Positions 49,152 to 61,694 are shown, numbered from the stretch's first letter. The stretch is 64,000 nucleotides of DNA from Takakia lepidozioides (GCA_030704615.1 CM060732.1:70556001-70620000), one strand, 5' to 3'. Program-made: numbers and translations. Notes: generated by a model not told the origin, from the letters alone.

Positions 49152-52100
49152 TCATCGTCCTTTTGCATGCCCAATGACATCAAAGATTTCCTCTGGAGTC
49201 GGCATGGCATATTTATCGGACTTAGTCTGACGGTTTACAGGACGATAGTCCCCACACATCCTTCTTTCTGTCCAATTGCCATAGATATCCTTCTTAGCTG
49301 GCATCACCGTTGCCGAGGCATACTCCCCGCCTAACAACTCCACCAATCCAGCTTCAAACAACTCCATAGTCCGTGACTAGATCAATGACCTCTCCATGTC
49401 ACTATCCCGGTAGGGCCTTCGAAAGATTGACGTGTCACTTGCCAAATCAATACGAATCTCCTGACTCTTCAAACTCCCCAAATCCTTCAAACCGAAGGCA
49501 AAGCAATTTCTATAAGCCCTTAGAAATTGCTGGATCCTCCGTCTCTCTCCTCCGGTGACTGTAGGTCCAACATCTGGTTCCCAATTGTCCTCAGTGACTG
49601 CAACCTTGGGTACATCAGGCTTGGGAGTAGGAGACGAATCCTTTGGTTGTTAGATAGCAACCTCTTGGGCCTTGTCCGCCCAATTTGACTGTGGCGTAGC
49701 CTCCACTTGCTCTGCCATAACCACCTTGAGAACATCCTCTGGGGAAGAAACATTCTCAACCTCTTCAAAAACATTGGCCACCTTGGCCTCCAACTGATCC
49801 TCAGTGTATGGCTCTTCCCGCTCCTCATATTGCTGCTTGAGAGATCCAAGGACTCTCTCTTTCCGCATCTCATCCCACATCTGCCATGGGTGTTTGCACC
49901 CCATGATCCTGTGCTCGCCCCCACTCACTGCCTCAACCGTCCTGGTTGGAAGAGGGGATACAATACCAAATGGGAGTGCAGAAGTAGCCACCACTCTCTG
50001 CAACCTCCGTTGCTCAGCCATGCACAAGCTAATGACCCATGTCAAGCAATTTAGATCCGTTGCTTGACCCAACACATGTCGGCGTGATGCCTCTGACAGA
50101 GCTGGCATAGCTGTAGTGCCGTGGCTAATCCCATTGCCCGCTCTCGCTCATCTGCATTGGGCTCCACCAATTGCTGTAGCACACTGTCCCAAATCAACCC
50201 AGGACCATTGTCTCGAAAAGCATGAGACGAGGGAAAGCTTGTGAGCGTAGGCAAGGCCGCACGTGGCTGCCCCACTCGATTTACCACTGCTAGAGGTGGA
50301 CGGTCATCATGCCGCACCCTCTATGGTTGCCTCCCTTGGTCCAAAATGCTCAACTGTGAGATTGGGTGGCCGTTGAATGGAATCGTATGCTCTCTTGAGC
50401 AACTCTGGTGGTGCAAGATTGGTCCACCACAATCGAGGTCGATGTGCTCGTGATCCCACCGTTGCTACATCCAATAGCACCGCCGATCCAATCCAAGACC
50501 GCACCTGATGCACACTGGCCATAACCCTAGCCCGAGAGTCCCCCATAAGAGGAACATTCTCCTTGAGATATAGGCTAGAGGTTCCACTTGCCTCGTCTGC
50601 AAGTCACGCAACACTCTCAACATCTCCCAAAACAAATGCGATCGTGCATCATGCAAGCCGTTTCCATGACCTGCGGGAGAGTGTCATTGGCAAGGCCATC
50701 CAGCTATCACCAAGTCAATGGCACCATGCTGGTCCAAATCACCCGCCCCCAACAACGTAATGTCTGCTGGCAATGCCTTTTGATATCCTTGAATTGCTGA
50801 GAGAGGCAACAACTCAGGGTACCGGTGTGTGAGCAAGACGATGTGGCGCATAGAAATACGCCGAGCTATCTCATTCTTCTCCACATACAAGTACTTGCGT
50901 ACTTTAATCCCAGCTTGCAACACTCCTGCAGGCCCAGTGCTCATGCCTCCAAACAGGTCTAGCAAACAAATCCCTGAGTCAGGTGGTTGCCAGGTAATTG
51001 ACACTGTATCCAAAGGAGCTAACTGAGGAAGTCCAGGTGATGTCACTGAACTCCCCTCACTCACCAATGGCTATGCCTCCTGCCATACTTGGTGCACACA
51101 CTCGCCTGCTACTCGATGCAAATTCCTAACTGTACCCCACAATGGAATACGAACAGAAACATGAGGAAGCAAATCAGCCTTGTATGCCAATTGTTTGTCC
51201 TCATCAGGTGGTGGCCTATCATCTGCATGGCTATTGCCCTCCAAGAGCTCACCACCCTAAGCCACCACCCCCGAGAATGCAGCCAATGTGAGCATCATGT
51301 TCCTATGATCCACCGCTACATTCCCAATAAACCGCACTGGGAGCAGTGCACGTCGACCATCCCCTGACTGCCATTCCGGCCTGTATGATGTCGTTTCCTC
51401 CCAAAAGTCCAAAGTAAAGCCCATCGGGTATAACACAGCCCCACCAACAAGTACATCATAAGACATCGCGTCCGTAACAATGGCTTTAGCTCTCATGACA
51501 GAGCCATCTGTAGGACGATCTGGCTGCAATTGAATGAAGAGCTCATGGCGTGTAATACCTCGTGCCTTTTCTAAACCGCCCAAAGATGTTTGAATTTGGA
51601 AAAGACAAGGCTCCAAATCCGCCTCTGTAAGGCCCAAACCTGCAATTGCTGCTCTCCCCAACATCAATGGCTGTGCTCCCGAGTCCAACAAGACCCACAG
51701 TGGCCTATACCTCCTCCCGGCTGGGCCACCCAACTGAAACACACCATCCTGATTGTCCACCAGGACTACCCCATGAGTCACCATACTACTCTCAATGGCT
51801 GGTCTAGCTGGCAACTCCTACAACCTTGCAGCTGCCGCTTGCCATGGCACAGCTGTGGCTGTTTTCACCCTTGAATCCAAGACATCCATGCACTGCACCT
51901 GATCCGCTATCCCCGCAGATAGTGCTGATGCATCACCACTCTCACAGAGTGCAGCTGCCAGTCTAAACACTGCAGCTGGCCGCATCCTCGACATTGCAAT
52001 TGTCGTGGCAGAAAACAATGAAGCTTGGCAAATTGCCGTAGCTGCCCCCAACAATGTACTAGCTGCACCTTGCTTTGCTGCACCACCCACTGGCATTTCC

Positions 52101-53228
52101 CGAGCCACACCAACTCTCCCCAATGACACTCGTGGCTCTACTTCTGACACACTTGGGCGAGCGGGTGCCATCGATGGCATAGTTGGCACTGTCTCAGCCA
52201 ATGTGAAAGACTGTGGAAGCCCCTCTTTGTGGATCAAAATCCACATCCGCTCCTCTTGGCTCAGGAGCACGCGTTGCTGCTCGAGTGACAGCAGCTGTAG
52301 AGTCCACATGCAATGGCCTGCAAGTGCGGCTCCACACATGAAGCCCATACCAATCTGGTCTTCCCTAGGCATAGGAGGTTGTGTAGGTGGGGCTTGAACC
52401 TCAAGCCTTGGAGCTGGTGCAACATGAGTAGTGGCCATGGCAACAAGACGTTGCTCTAGCTGGGCAAGTCTATCCACCATGCCTTGGTCATGACCTTGAC
52501 CCTGACCCTATGCTCCTTGGTTTTGGTTACAACCTCCACCCCGACCTCTGCCTCCTCTACCTCTCTGGACTATATTGCCTATTCTCGGCCACTATTGTTC
52601 CCTTGGAACTGGCCTGGCCGTAGCTCAGGATGCAAGCTATAACAATGGGCCTTCTCATGCCCATACTTTCCACAATGCCCACACTCTCTCCGGGCAATCC
52701 TTCTTGACATGGGGTCCTCCACAATCCCAACAAGTCACACCCGACTATTGTTGGCCTGAGAATGAAAGAAGATACCTCTGCATCTGAGATCCTTTCTGTC
52801 CTTCCCTCGGCTTCACCTAAGCCCCCTTGTTGCCTTGAACACGTTGGGGTAGTGGTTGTTGTTGGCTAGGAGCCCCACTTCATTGTGTCTCCTTGCCAAA
52901 CCCCACCATGACCACTCGCTCTTCCACCATATTGAGTTCTATCCGCTCTGCTAGCAAAACACATTTGCTAAGGTGGGTTGGTCCACTTGTAGGAGAGCTG
53001 CATCCCGCACCCTTCTCCTCAGCTCCTTGTCCAGGATCCCATACCAGAACTGGACTACCTGAGCTTTTGTAACCCCTAGGGTTACGATTATCAAGCGCCT
53101 CATGCAAGTGTAAGCCTCCCTCAAACTCTTGACATGCTTTCGTTGGAACTATTGCAAACTCCGCAATTTCTCCGTCCTTATCCCCTGGTAGTTTCTCCTT
53201 AACTCCTCGAAGAACTCCACAACTGGGT
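49152..53228 (-). mobile_element. Ty3/gypsy LTR retrotransposon remnant encoding gag, protease, DNMT3-like C5 methyltransferase and RT (truncated at both ends)
   Basis: Zinc knuckles CWDCGGPHVKKDC (52732-52694) and CGHCGKYGHEKAHC (52683-52642). Protease VLLDSGAQ..YDVLVG (51814-51257). MTase at 50974-50031. Gypsy RT start IRIDL..IFRRPYR..AGLVE..EYASATVMPAKKD..RRMCGDYRPVN..YAMPTPEEIFD (about 49460-49165). All are collinear on minus. Confidence 0.9.
50031..50974 (-). pseudogene. DNMT3-like DNA (cytosine-5) methyltransferase domain within the retrotransposon pol
   Basis: Motif I LDLFGGMSTG, II YVEKN, III DI, IV DLVIAGWPCQ, V RSHLFWE, VI ENV (about 50561-50553), VIII RAHRPRLWWTNL, IX ERERAMG, X RRHVLGQATD. 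An in-frame TGA follows PCQ and there are several frameshifts. Confidence 0.9.
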
Positions 53229-53229
53229 T

Positions 53230-55910
53230 AAGTGGGAAACGCCCAAACCCGTGGGAGGGCGAATAAACCTCTTGTCAGCAAGGGAGTGGGCCGTAAAGGA
53301 GCCACACGAGCCCCAGTTTTTGCTTTACGTAAGACAAGTGAAGGGAGAAGGCGATAGGGAGCCGAGCCCAGATTGGATCAAGAGGATCTTGGAGAAATAC
53401 CAGGATGTGATGTCAGAGGATTTACCAAGTGGCTTGCCACCGCGAAGGGGAGCTGACCACAAGATTGAGGTGATACCGAGATCGGAGCCGCCTGCCAAGG
53501 CGCCCTACCGGTTGAGCCACAGAGAGTTGGTCGAGGTGAAGACTCAGCTCAAGGATCTAATGTCAAAGGGGTACGTCCGGTCGAGTAAGTCACCTTACGG
53601 AGCCCCGGTGCTATTCGCAGACAAGAAGGATGGGACGCTCCGGATGTGTGTCGATTACAGGGCCCTGAATAAGGTGACTATCAAGAACCGGTACCCTTTG
53701 CCAAGGATTGACGACCTCTTCGATCGGTTGGCAGGAGCGAAGTATTTCAGCCGGATCGATTTGCGCTCCGGCTACCATCAAATCCGAGTGGCGGAAGGAG
53801 ATGAGGAGAAAACCGCATGCATGACAAGATATGGTTCGTATGAGTTCTTGGTGATGCCTTTTGGACTCACCAACGCACCTGCGACCTTTAACACGCTAAT
53901 AAACAGCCTTTTCCAGGAGTGGTTGGATGACTTTGTGATCGTGTACATCGACGACATCTTGGTGTACTCGAAAACAAAAGAAGAGCACCTAGAGCATCTC
54001 AAAAGGGTGTTCCAGAAATTGCGGGAAGGGAAGCTGTATGCCAAAGCTTCAAAGTGCGAATTCGGGGTCACAAAAATGGAGTTCCTAGGGCATGTGATTA
54101 CACAGGATGGGATCAAAATGGATGACAGAAAGGTGAGGGCGATCTTGGACTGGGATTGGTCCCGGGAGTGCAATCCTTCCTAGGACTCGCCTCCTATTAC
54201 CGAAAGTATGTGAGAAATTTTGCCAAGATCGCGGGGCCGCTGTCTCTCACCTTCTGTGTAAATCCAAGGTATGGGTATGGAACACCTTTTGTGGCCAAGC
54301 TTTTGCCGAGTTGAAGCAGCGGATAGCGGAAGCTCCGGTCTTGAAAATCCCGGAGTTCGACCGTCCGTTTGAGATTCATACAGATGCGTCGGACTTCGCG
54401 ATTGGGGGTGTATTTATGCAAGATGGACGTCCAGTGGCTTACGAAAGTAAGAAACTGAATGAAGTGGAGCGACGGTGGCCAACGCACGAGAAAGAGATGA
54501 AGGCGGTGGTGCATTGCCTTGAGCTTTGGTGCCACTATGTTTGTTCCAACCCGGTGAAGGTGTTCATGGACAATGTCACGGTGAAGTATTTTGCCACTCA
54601 GCCTAAATTGTCCCCAAAACAACTTAGGTGGCAAGATACTTTGGTGATGTTCGACGTGGATATCCAATACAAACCGGGACGGGACAATGTGGTGGCCGAT
54701 GCTTTAAGTAGAAAGCAACAGCTCATGTTGGTGTACAGAGGCGAGACGGCGCTCCAAAGAAAGATCCGGAAGGCTTACCAGAAGGATGAGATGGCGAAGT
54801 CCGTGATGTGAGACTTAAGGATGGGGGTTAAATCGCAGTTTCACTTGCAAAACGGACTGCTCCGGTACAAGCAAAAGCGTCTCTACGTGTCGAAGGGAGG
54901 GATCAGAGATAGTCTCTTGAGAGATTGTCACGATGGCCCGCTTGCGAGCCACGGCGGAGCCAAGCGCACCGCGACACTCTTGAAGGAAGAGTATTTCTGG
55001 CCCAAACTGAGGGAGGAGGCCGAGGAGTATGTCAAGACATGCATTACATGCCAACAAAACCGGAGCGAGTACGAAAAGCAAGCGGGGTTGTTACAACCCT
55101 TGCTGATTCCAGGGGGGTCTTGGGAAAGTGTCTCGATGGATTTCATTACTTTTATGCCGCTATCAAAAAGATTCGATGCAATCATGGTGGTGGTGGATAG
55201 GTTCAGTAAAATGGGCCATTTCATTCCCACCAAGGAGACGACAACGGCACAGGAGACGGGGCGACTTTACTTCGCCCACGTCTTCAAGCATCATGGACTC
55301 CCGAAGGATATTGTCTCGGACCGCGATCCAAAGTTTACAAGTAAATTTTGGAGGGCACTCTGGAAGAAAATGGGGACGAGGCTCAAGATGAGCACCGCTC
55401 TACGACCTACGATGGACGGCCAAACGGAAAGGGTGAATTCCGTGGTGAAGCAGATCTTGCGAAATTACGTGGCGGCAGACCAATCGGACTGGGTGGAGCA
55501 CTTGGACGCGGTAGAGTTCAGTTATAATAACACAAAACACTCTGCAACGAGAGTTTCCCCTTTCGTATTGGTCTATGGAAAAGCACCTCTGGTGCCGACA
55601 AGTTGGGCCGCCCAAGACGTTGAGGAACCAACAATAGCAATGGTGCTGGAAGAACGCGAGCGTTTGTTGAAGCTCGCAAAGTACAACATTGCCAAAGCTA
55701 GGAAACGGTATGAACGGCAGACGAATCGGAAGCGGAGGGAAGTTAAGTTTAAGGCAGGCACGGAGGTCTGGTTGACCATCAAGAATTTCCGACTTCCTCC
55801 AGAAGTGAGTCCGAAAGTTTGTACATCCGTATGCGGAACCATTTCGCATCCGGAAGGTTATGAATGAGGATGTGTATGAATTAGAGCTGCCGGCAAATAG
55901 CAAGGTGCCC
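53230..55910 (+). mobile_element. Ty3/gypsy pol (RT, RNase H, integrase), frameshifted
   Basis: [50 protein letters not shown] (H..H..CITC), SMDF, IVSDRD, DGQTERVN. Confidence 0.95.
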
Positions 55911-56029
55911 TCTGGCGGGTGAGGAGCCCCGATCAGATCTGCCAGCAACTCTTTGAACTAAAGGCCCAATCCAGCAGGTGAGATTGCAGACCAATCCGCC
56001 TCAAACACCAACTGCGGTTCATGACGCGT

Positions 56030-57255
56030 CAGACTGTTGGGCCTCTTGAAGAGACGACGCAGCACGCCCGCCATAGCCACCCCCTCCCCAAACTCTCATC
56101 TTTTTTTTTCGCGCAGCGCATAAGCTCCTTCCCCTTTACGGATGGAAAATCCCGTCTCTGATACAGAATATTCCTGCATATGAAATCCATTCGTACACTT
56201 CTTGGCCATGTGCCCGGGCTCCCCGCAATTGAAGCACACTCCATCGAAGGTCGCCTGCTGTCCGCCATAAGCCGCCGTACCTGATTTTCCTTTCGGAGCA
56301 CCGGGTGCCGCCTTGACGTGTGAAGGCCCTCCCTTCGATTTCCATGTACCATTGTCGCCGCGTGGCCTATCCCACTTCTTTTCTGGTCGGAAGGAGTCAC
56401 CCTCCTGCCGGGCCTTCTTGTGGTTCAGCTCCGTACGGCCTTGTCTTTCGCCCCTAGGGACATCCGAGAAACATTCAGCCCTCTCAATTGCCTCGTTCAA
56501 AGTCTTAGGTGACTTCTCCTCCAATTCCGCCTGGCCCATGGGGCCAGTCCCGCCACAAAGTTGAAGACCATTTCTGGTTCTGTCATGTCCGCGACTTCGA
56601 GCAACAGCACATTGAAAGCCTGAACATATCCCCGAACGTCATCCGTTTGCTTCAAATTCCTCATCTTGTCCCGGGCGAGCCAGGACGCGTTGAGGGGCAC
56701 CAACTGTCTCTTCATAAGTTCCTTGAACCCACTCCAGTTCAAGGTTTCCGGGTTTGGACCTCGGTCGTGAAGGCGTTTCTGCCACCATTGTTGAGCATAG
56801 CCCCTCAAATAGGTGGGAGCCACTTCCACCCGATCCTCGTCACTCAACTTGGCCGCCCGGAAGTACTCCTCTAGCTCCAAGAGCCAGGTGTTGAGTGCCT
56901 TCCAATTTCAGACGCCCTCGAAGATGCCAGGTTCCTTAGGCTTTACCTTAAACTTTACCTTAGTGGGAGTGACATTAGCCGCCTTCAACACGCCTTTCAA
57001 CGTCCCGCCAAACTGCGCCAACAACCCTTCCCAAAAGGTGGCTGGCATGGGAGACATCTGTTGGTCTGTCGGAGCTCTCGGGAATTCCTCGGGCTCCGAC
57101 TCCTCAGATTCCTCCCGTTTTTGAGCGGCCTCGTTTCCAAAAGCATGCATCGCTTCCTCAAATGGCCGCTTCGGTGACACGTCGCCCCCATCGGGCTCAC
57201 CATGATCATCATCTTTCGGGCCGTTCCGCTTTCGCTTTCGCTTGCCCGACCCCAT
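56030..57255 (-). mobile_element. Ty3/gypsy gag (same element family as the adjacent pol, opposite strand)
   Basis: WLLELEEYF..YLRGYAQQWW..LKQTDDVRGYVQAF..FVAGL and zinc knuckle CFNCGEPGHMAKKC. Frameshifted. Protease absent. Confidence 0.88.
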
Positions 57256-57296
57256 GATGAGGCCGATCTCAAGGATGATCGCGTACTAAACTCTAA

Positions 57297-57308
57297 GCTC
57301 TGATACCA
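57297..57308 (-). promoter_or_regulatory. Primer binding site (tRNA-iMet)
   Basis: TGGTATCAGAGC on minus, 2 nt after a ..CA LTR end and upstream of gag. Confidence 0.9.
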
Positions 57309-57310
57309 AG

Positions 57311-57647
57311 TGTCGTGCACCTCACTTCGGTAAGCTCCCCTTCAAGTCATAGTTACTCGCTTTGATGCGCGCGCCTAACTCCCAACCTGGCCGCCGGGCC
57401 AACTCGGAGCTTTGGCTGATCACCGGGACATAACGGTCCCCCTTTACTTTTCCAAAGGACCCTCCACCAATTTGGGCCTAGTGGAAATTCCCTTTGGTAG
57501 ATGGCAGTCCGGAATAGCTCCCCACTCCTTGGTCGCTTTCCGGCTCGCTCACTTACTCACTAGTTTTTGGTCACCAATGGGCTTGCACCGTTCTCGGGGT
57601 TACTACTCCCTACATATACTTCTGTGACTGTCCGCGGGGGTTTCACA
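57311..57647 (-). mobile_element. Putative 5' LTR (TGT...ACA), about 337 bp
   Basis: The inner end is fixed by the PBS. The outer end is guessed at TGTGAAACCCC. No second LTR copy was found in the window. Confidence 0.55.
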
Positions 57648-57948
57648 AACAACCCTGCCATTTTATGGCGAACCGCCACGAAGACCCTCGACTCCCGGTG
57701 ATGAGTCGCGGTGAGTCTTGGCCCACCCACCACGGCCCTATTGGACCGTGATGAGTCCCAAGACTCCCCACGACTCCCACCACAAGGTCTCTGCCCCATG
57801 GTGAGTCTTATGCAACCCCCACTAAGTCCCAGTCCCACTAAGCTACCACCACCCCTTGTGGAGCCACCCCCACCGCAACCCGGTGTGCGGGGCTCCACCT
57901 AGTGAGCGCCTCCGCCTCCTTGAGTGCCTTTGGGCACTCAAGGGTGCT

Positions 57949-59400
57949 TCAGCCCCCCGTACCTATTGCTGCCACCGCCCCCACCACAGGGGCAGCCCCT
58001 CTGCATCCCGACCCCCTGTCCTCAAGGCAAAGGGTCGCGACAGTAGGGACCCTTGCATGCTTCCAACACCATGGGGTCCAGATTGATTGATTGCCTGGGG
58101 AGAGCTCTTGGTTGGGCCCCCACCAATGAAGAAGGGATCCACTGAGGGTGGGGTTAAAATTGATGGAGACGTGGGTGCTTGGCCATCCTGGAGTCACTGG
58201 GCGGGCTCGTATGAGAGGAAGCAGAGATTGCTGGCCGATGAAGATGTGTGGGAGAGGTGGGAGAGCCTTTCTCCGGAGAACGACGAGCCTTTTTTTTTTT
58301 TTTTTTGCTTTAGGACATCTTGCCTTTAGGTGACCAGCTTGCCCGCAGTAGTAGCAAGTCATTGAGGCCGAGTCCTCGGATAATTTGACAGAAAAGAAAT
58401 TTCCCTCCTCATCGATTGGGAGATGAATAAATTGAGGAATAACTTCATGCTCAAGCATCATAACCACAATCTTTGCAAAGCCTGATTCATGTGCCCTGGA
58501 CGAAATGGTAGCCCCCCTCCAAGCATGATCATTCTTTAGATTGTCCGTGCATATATCAGGCTCACTGCCAAGCAACCAAGATAAACCCCAAGGAAATTCC
58601 CAATCTCTGGGAGAAAGAAGAGGTATTGATCTGGAATATAAGGCAATGCAATAATCCTAGGACTCCACACCTTGCCATTTTTATTCCCCATAGCCCGCGA
58701 CCAAGGAAAGATGTTAACATTGAATCCGGCCAAGTGGGGGTTAAATGAGAGGGCCTTGCAAAAAAGAAAAGAAGCCCCTCCCTCTGGTGTGACAAAAGTG
58801 GTGCTTCAAATCGCCAGACCCTCCCAGATGTCGCACAGCCCAATCTCTCGCCTCGTCCCTGCTCACTTTTATGCCAGGGAAATGGAGGAGAACGCCCTTC
58901 TCTTGAATATCTGCCACTGTAGAATTGAGTGTTTTCACATTCAATCCGAGGGAGGGATGCGGTTTGTCCATGGCATGCTGGAGGTCAAAGATTTCTTCTA
59001 GATTTCCAGGTAATTCCTGAGGGGTACTGTTCAAGTGACTGATACCTGCGAAGCGTGTGGCGTTCAGCAAAGTTCGTGGAGGCGAGGGCTGCAGGGGTCG
59101 AGGGATCAGGGGGGTCGAGGGACGATGATGCGCAGGGTGGGTTGGTCCATTAGCACCATGATCAAGAGCCAGCGCACAATGCGCCCGAAATAGCCAGTGC
59201 CAGTGGTCGGAATAGATGAGTTGCGCACCATTCCAGCCGCTGATCTGTTGGGGTGGCGGGACCAGGTATTGTGATGGAAGGATTTATGCTGAGGAGCCAT
59301 AATTGGCCAAGAAAGAGAAAAGCAGGAAAAAACAACAGGCTAGAGGGGCAGTTGCACGAGGAAAGGAGAAGAGGAACTTAAAAAACCAAACCAGGCAGAT
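57949..59400 (-). mobile_element. L1-like LINE ORF1 (DUF4283-like region plus zinc knuckle), degenerate
   Basis: GRGFF..NIFPWS..LPYIP..LPEIGNFLG and CYYCGQAGHLKARC. Pyrimidine-rich leader on minus. No ORF2 seen downstream. Confidence 0.7.
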
Positions 59401-61694
59401 AGGAAGAGTGAGAGAGAAGGGACTGAAGGGGAACCAAGATACTGGGAGGGCAAAGATCAGAATAAGCGGATAAGAGCGCGGAGCTAGAAATCAGCGAGCA
59501 CACATCAATGCAAGATAAAAATAGAAATCGAGCTGGTCCCAGGATTGAAGGCGGTGATGCAAGGTCGCAGGGAGACGAGCATCAACGAGAAGCGAAAGCT
59601 GACATGAGCGGGAGGCGAAAGGTGAGGGGGGGGGGCTAGTGGGAGGCGGCTGGGGGGATGATTTCTCACGCATAGCCGGCTGCCATTGATGGGGAAATGA
59701 TGAGACCTGCTGGAAAGACCGCTGATTTGGGGATATGTGGCAATGTGAGAGGGGTAGAGGAGGGATGATTCATTCCAAGGTGGCCGGAGTAAAGGAGGCC
59801 TGACCTGAGGTCGCTGTCAAGGGAAAGGTTGCAGTGTTAGTCCTAGGGGATGAAGGAGACCTTCATCAACAGATCGCGCGAGGGAAGTTCATTGGAAAGC
59901 GATCTCTTGACAAAAAAAAAGACGAGACATGGTTTTGAAGGATTGTCCGAGAGGCGAAGGGTAATCTAATTTGAAGGAGGCGGAGCCTGAATCCTTCAAA
60001 CATTTGCACATACATTTGCAGATACTTAAGAACAATCGGGGACGAGGGTATCCGTTGAGCGAGCCTCCTCTCACCGCGAAACGCGGAGCTCCTTTTCTCC
60101 AGCATCTTTTTCGGGGGACTTGGATTGTCTCCCCTAGGTTTCCTTTATTAAAAAAAACAAAAAAACAAGGAGGAATAAAAAGAAAAACTTGGCAAGAATA
60201 GCAGGATAGTGTGTGTAGTGTAGAGCTGGATATTAGGGTTCGTGATTTGCCCAAACAGGAGGTGGCTTGCAGTGTAGCCTGCACTGACTTGCAGAGTATT
60301 TGTGGTGATCCTTGGCCGGCCTTGATGTATCGCAGACCTCGCCTTCCTTTGCCCCTTGTTTTCGGCGCAATTGGGTCCCTCTCTATCTCTCTCTCGCACT
60401 GTTTTTGTGGGGACTAAGTGAGGAAAATGGGGTAACTGGACGGAGAGTTAGGGTTGTGTGGGTGCATTGCAAGTGAGTGTTGATGACGGATGCATAAACA
60501 TGAGAGTCACAATTCACAGGGGAGCCCACTGTCTGTAACTTTTTCAATTGCGTTGATAAGTTTTGTGCCTCATGGTTGCAAGCCTTGACCTGGTTCGACT
60601 GTCCGGTGTGCAGGGTCGGTGTAATGTCAGGGAGCTTCATCTTTTCGCCAGCCCTATCAGACTACTGGGCTAAACAATCTAAGCCTGCTTCGGCTCCTCC
60701 ATCCAATCAGCAAGCCCAATCCACCTCAAAATGACGCAACAAGAACATGGATTGCTATGGTATCGTTTACATACTTCATTGATACCCTTATTACTCTGGA
60801 AGCGAAGCAAAAGGAAGCAGCAGGGAACCCAATCACAGAAGTTGGCGTGTCGAACTTGCAGCTAGGAAAAACTGAATGCAAGTATGTATGTTACAATGCC
60901 CAGATTATCCATGCCTTCACACATGTGTTGGGCTTGATTGACCTGTGTCTATGTATGTACGTCCTCTTGGGGTCGGGAGCATTTCCGTAGCATGGAATGA
61001 TGACAAATGATGTCTATGGACTTCACATCCACCAGATTCTGCTTGACCAGGTATTACAGCACTCAAGGAGGGTTCAACCAACTCTCAATCAGCTGTCAGT
61101 CCTCATTGGCGCCCTTCTATTTGAATCCGTTTATCTCATCTTACATGTGAAAACGAGTGAATGCGCAGCTGAGCAGCCAAAGCTACAGCCACCAAAGCTC
61201 CTAAGCATCTTTCACATTACAGGGAACCCCCGACTTTTCAGAACAATGTACTTTCAGGCACTTCCACCAATGAAGAATCTAAGCAATTGGAGAGACGGTC
61301 TAATTCACAGCATGAGGTAGCCAGCTTTAGTCATTGACAACCCCATATTGGCCCCGAATTCGTCTCATCTCTTGAGCCCATTCTTCGACCAGTCTGAATG
61401 TCCTAAGGAGGATTTTTACCACACTTCCACTTCAATCCCTCGAGATTTGCAAGCAGGTCCATATGAGAACTTGACCGATGATTCCAATTGGCTCTGTAAT
61501 TTGATGAATGCTGCTGTAGCCGTGCAGCTCAGTTTCAGATCTTAGGTTCTCAACAACACTACAAACAATATACATCGACCATTATTTAGATCAGACTTGT
61601 ATGAAAGTTTTGTGATACATCTAGTACCAGGACCAGTCTGGTATGTCCTAAACATGATACCACAACAACATTGGTTAGAGCAAGAATGTCGTAG

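Noticed and set aside
50031-50974. Host DNMT3/DRM gene, or bacterial restriction-modification MTase contamination
   Set aside because: It is intronless, lacks PWWP/ADD/UBA regions and a partner endonuclease, and is collinear with retrotransposon PR and RT in plant genomic context.
60740-61550. Degenerate coding region
   Set aside because: Coding-like composition, but stops in all frames examined and no recognisable homology.
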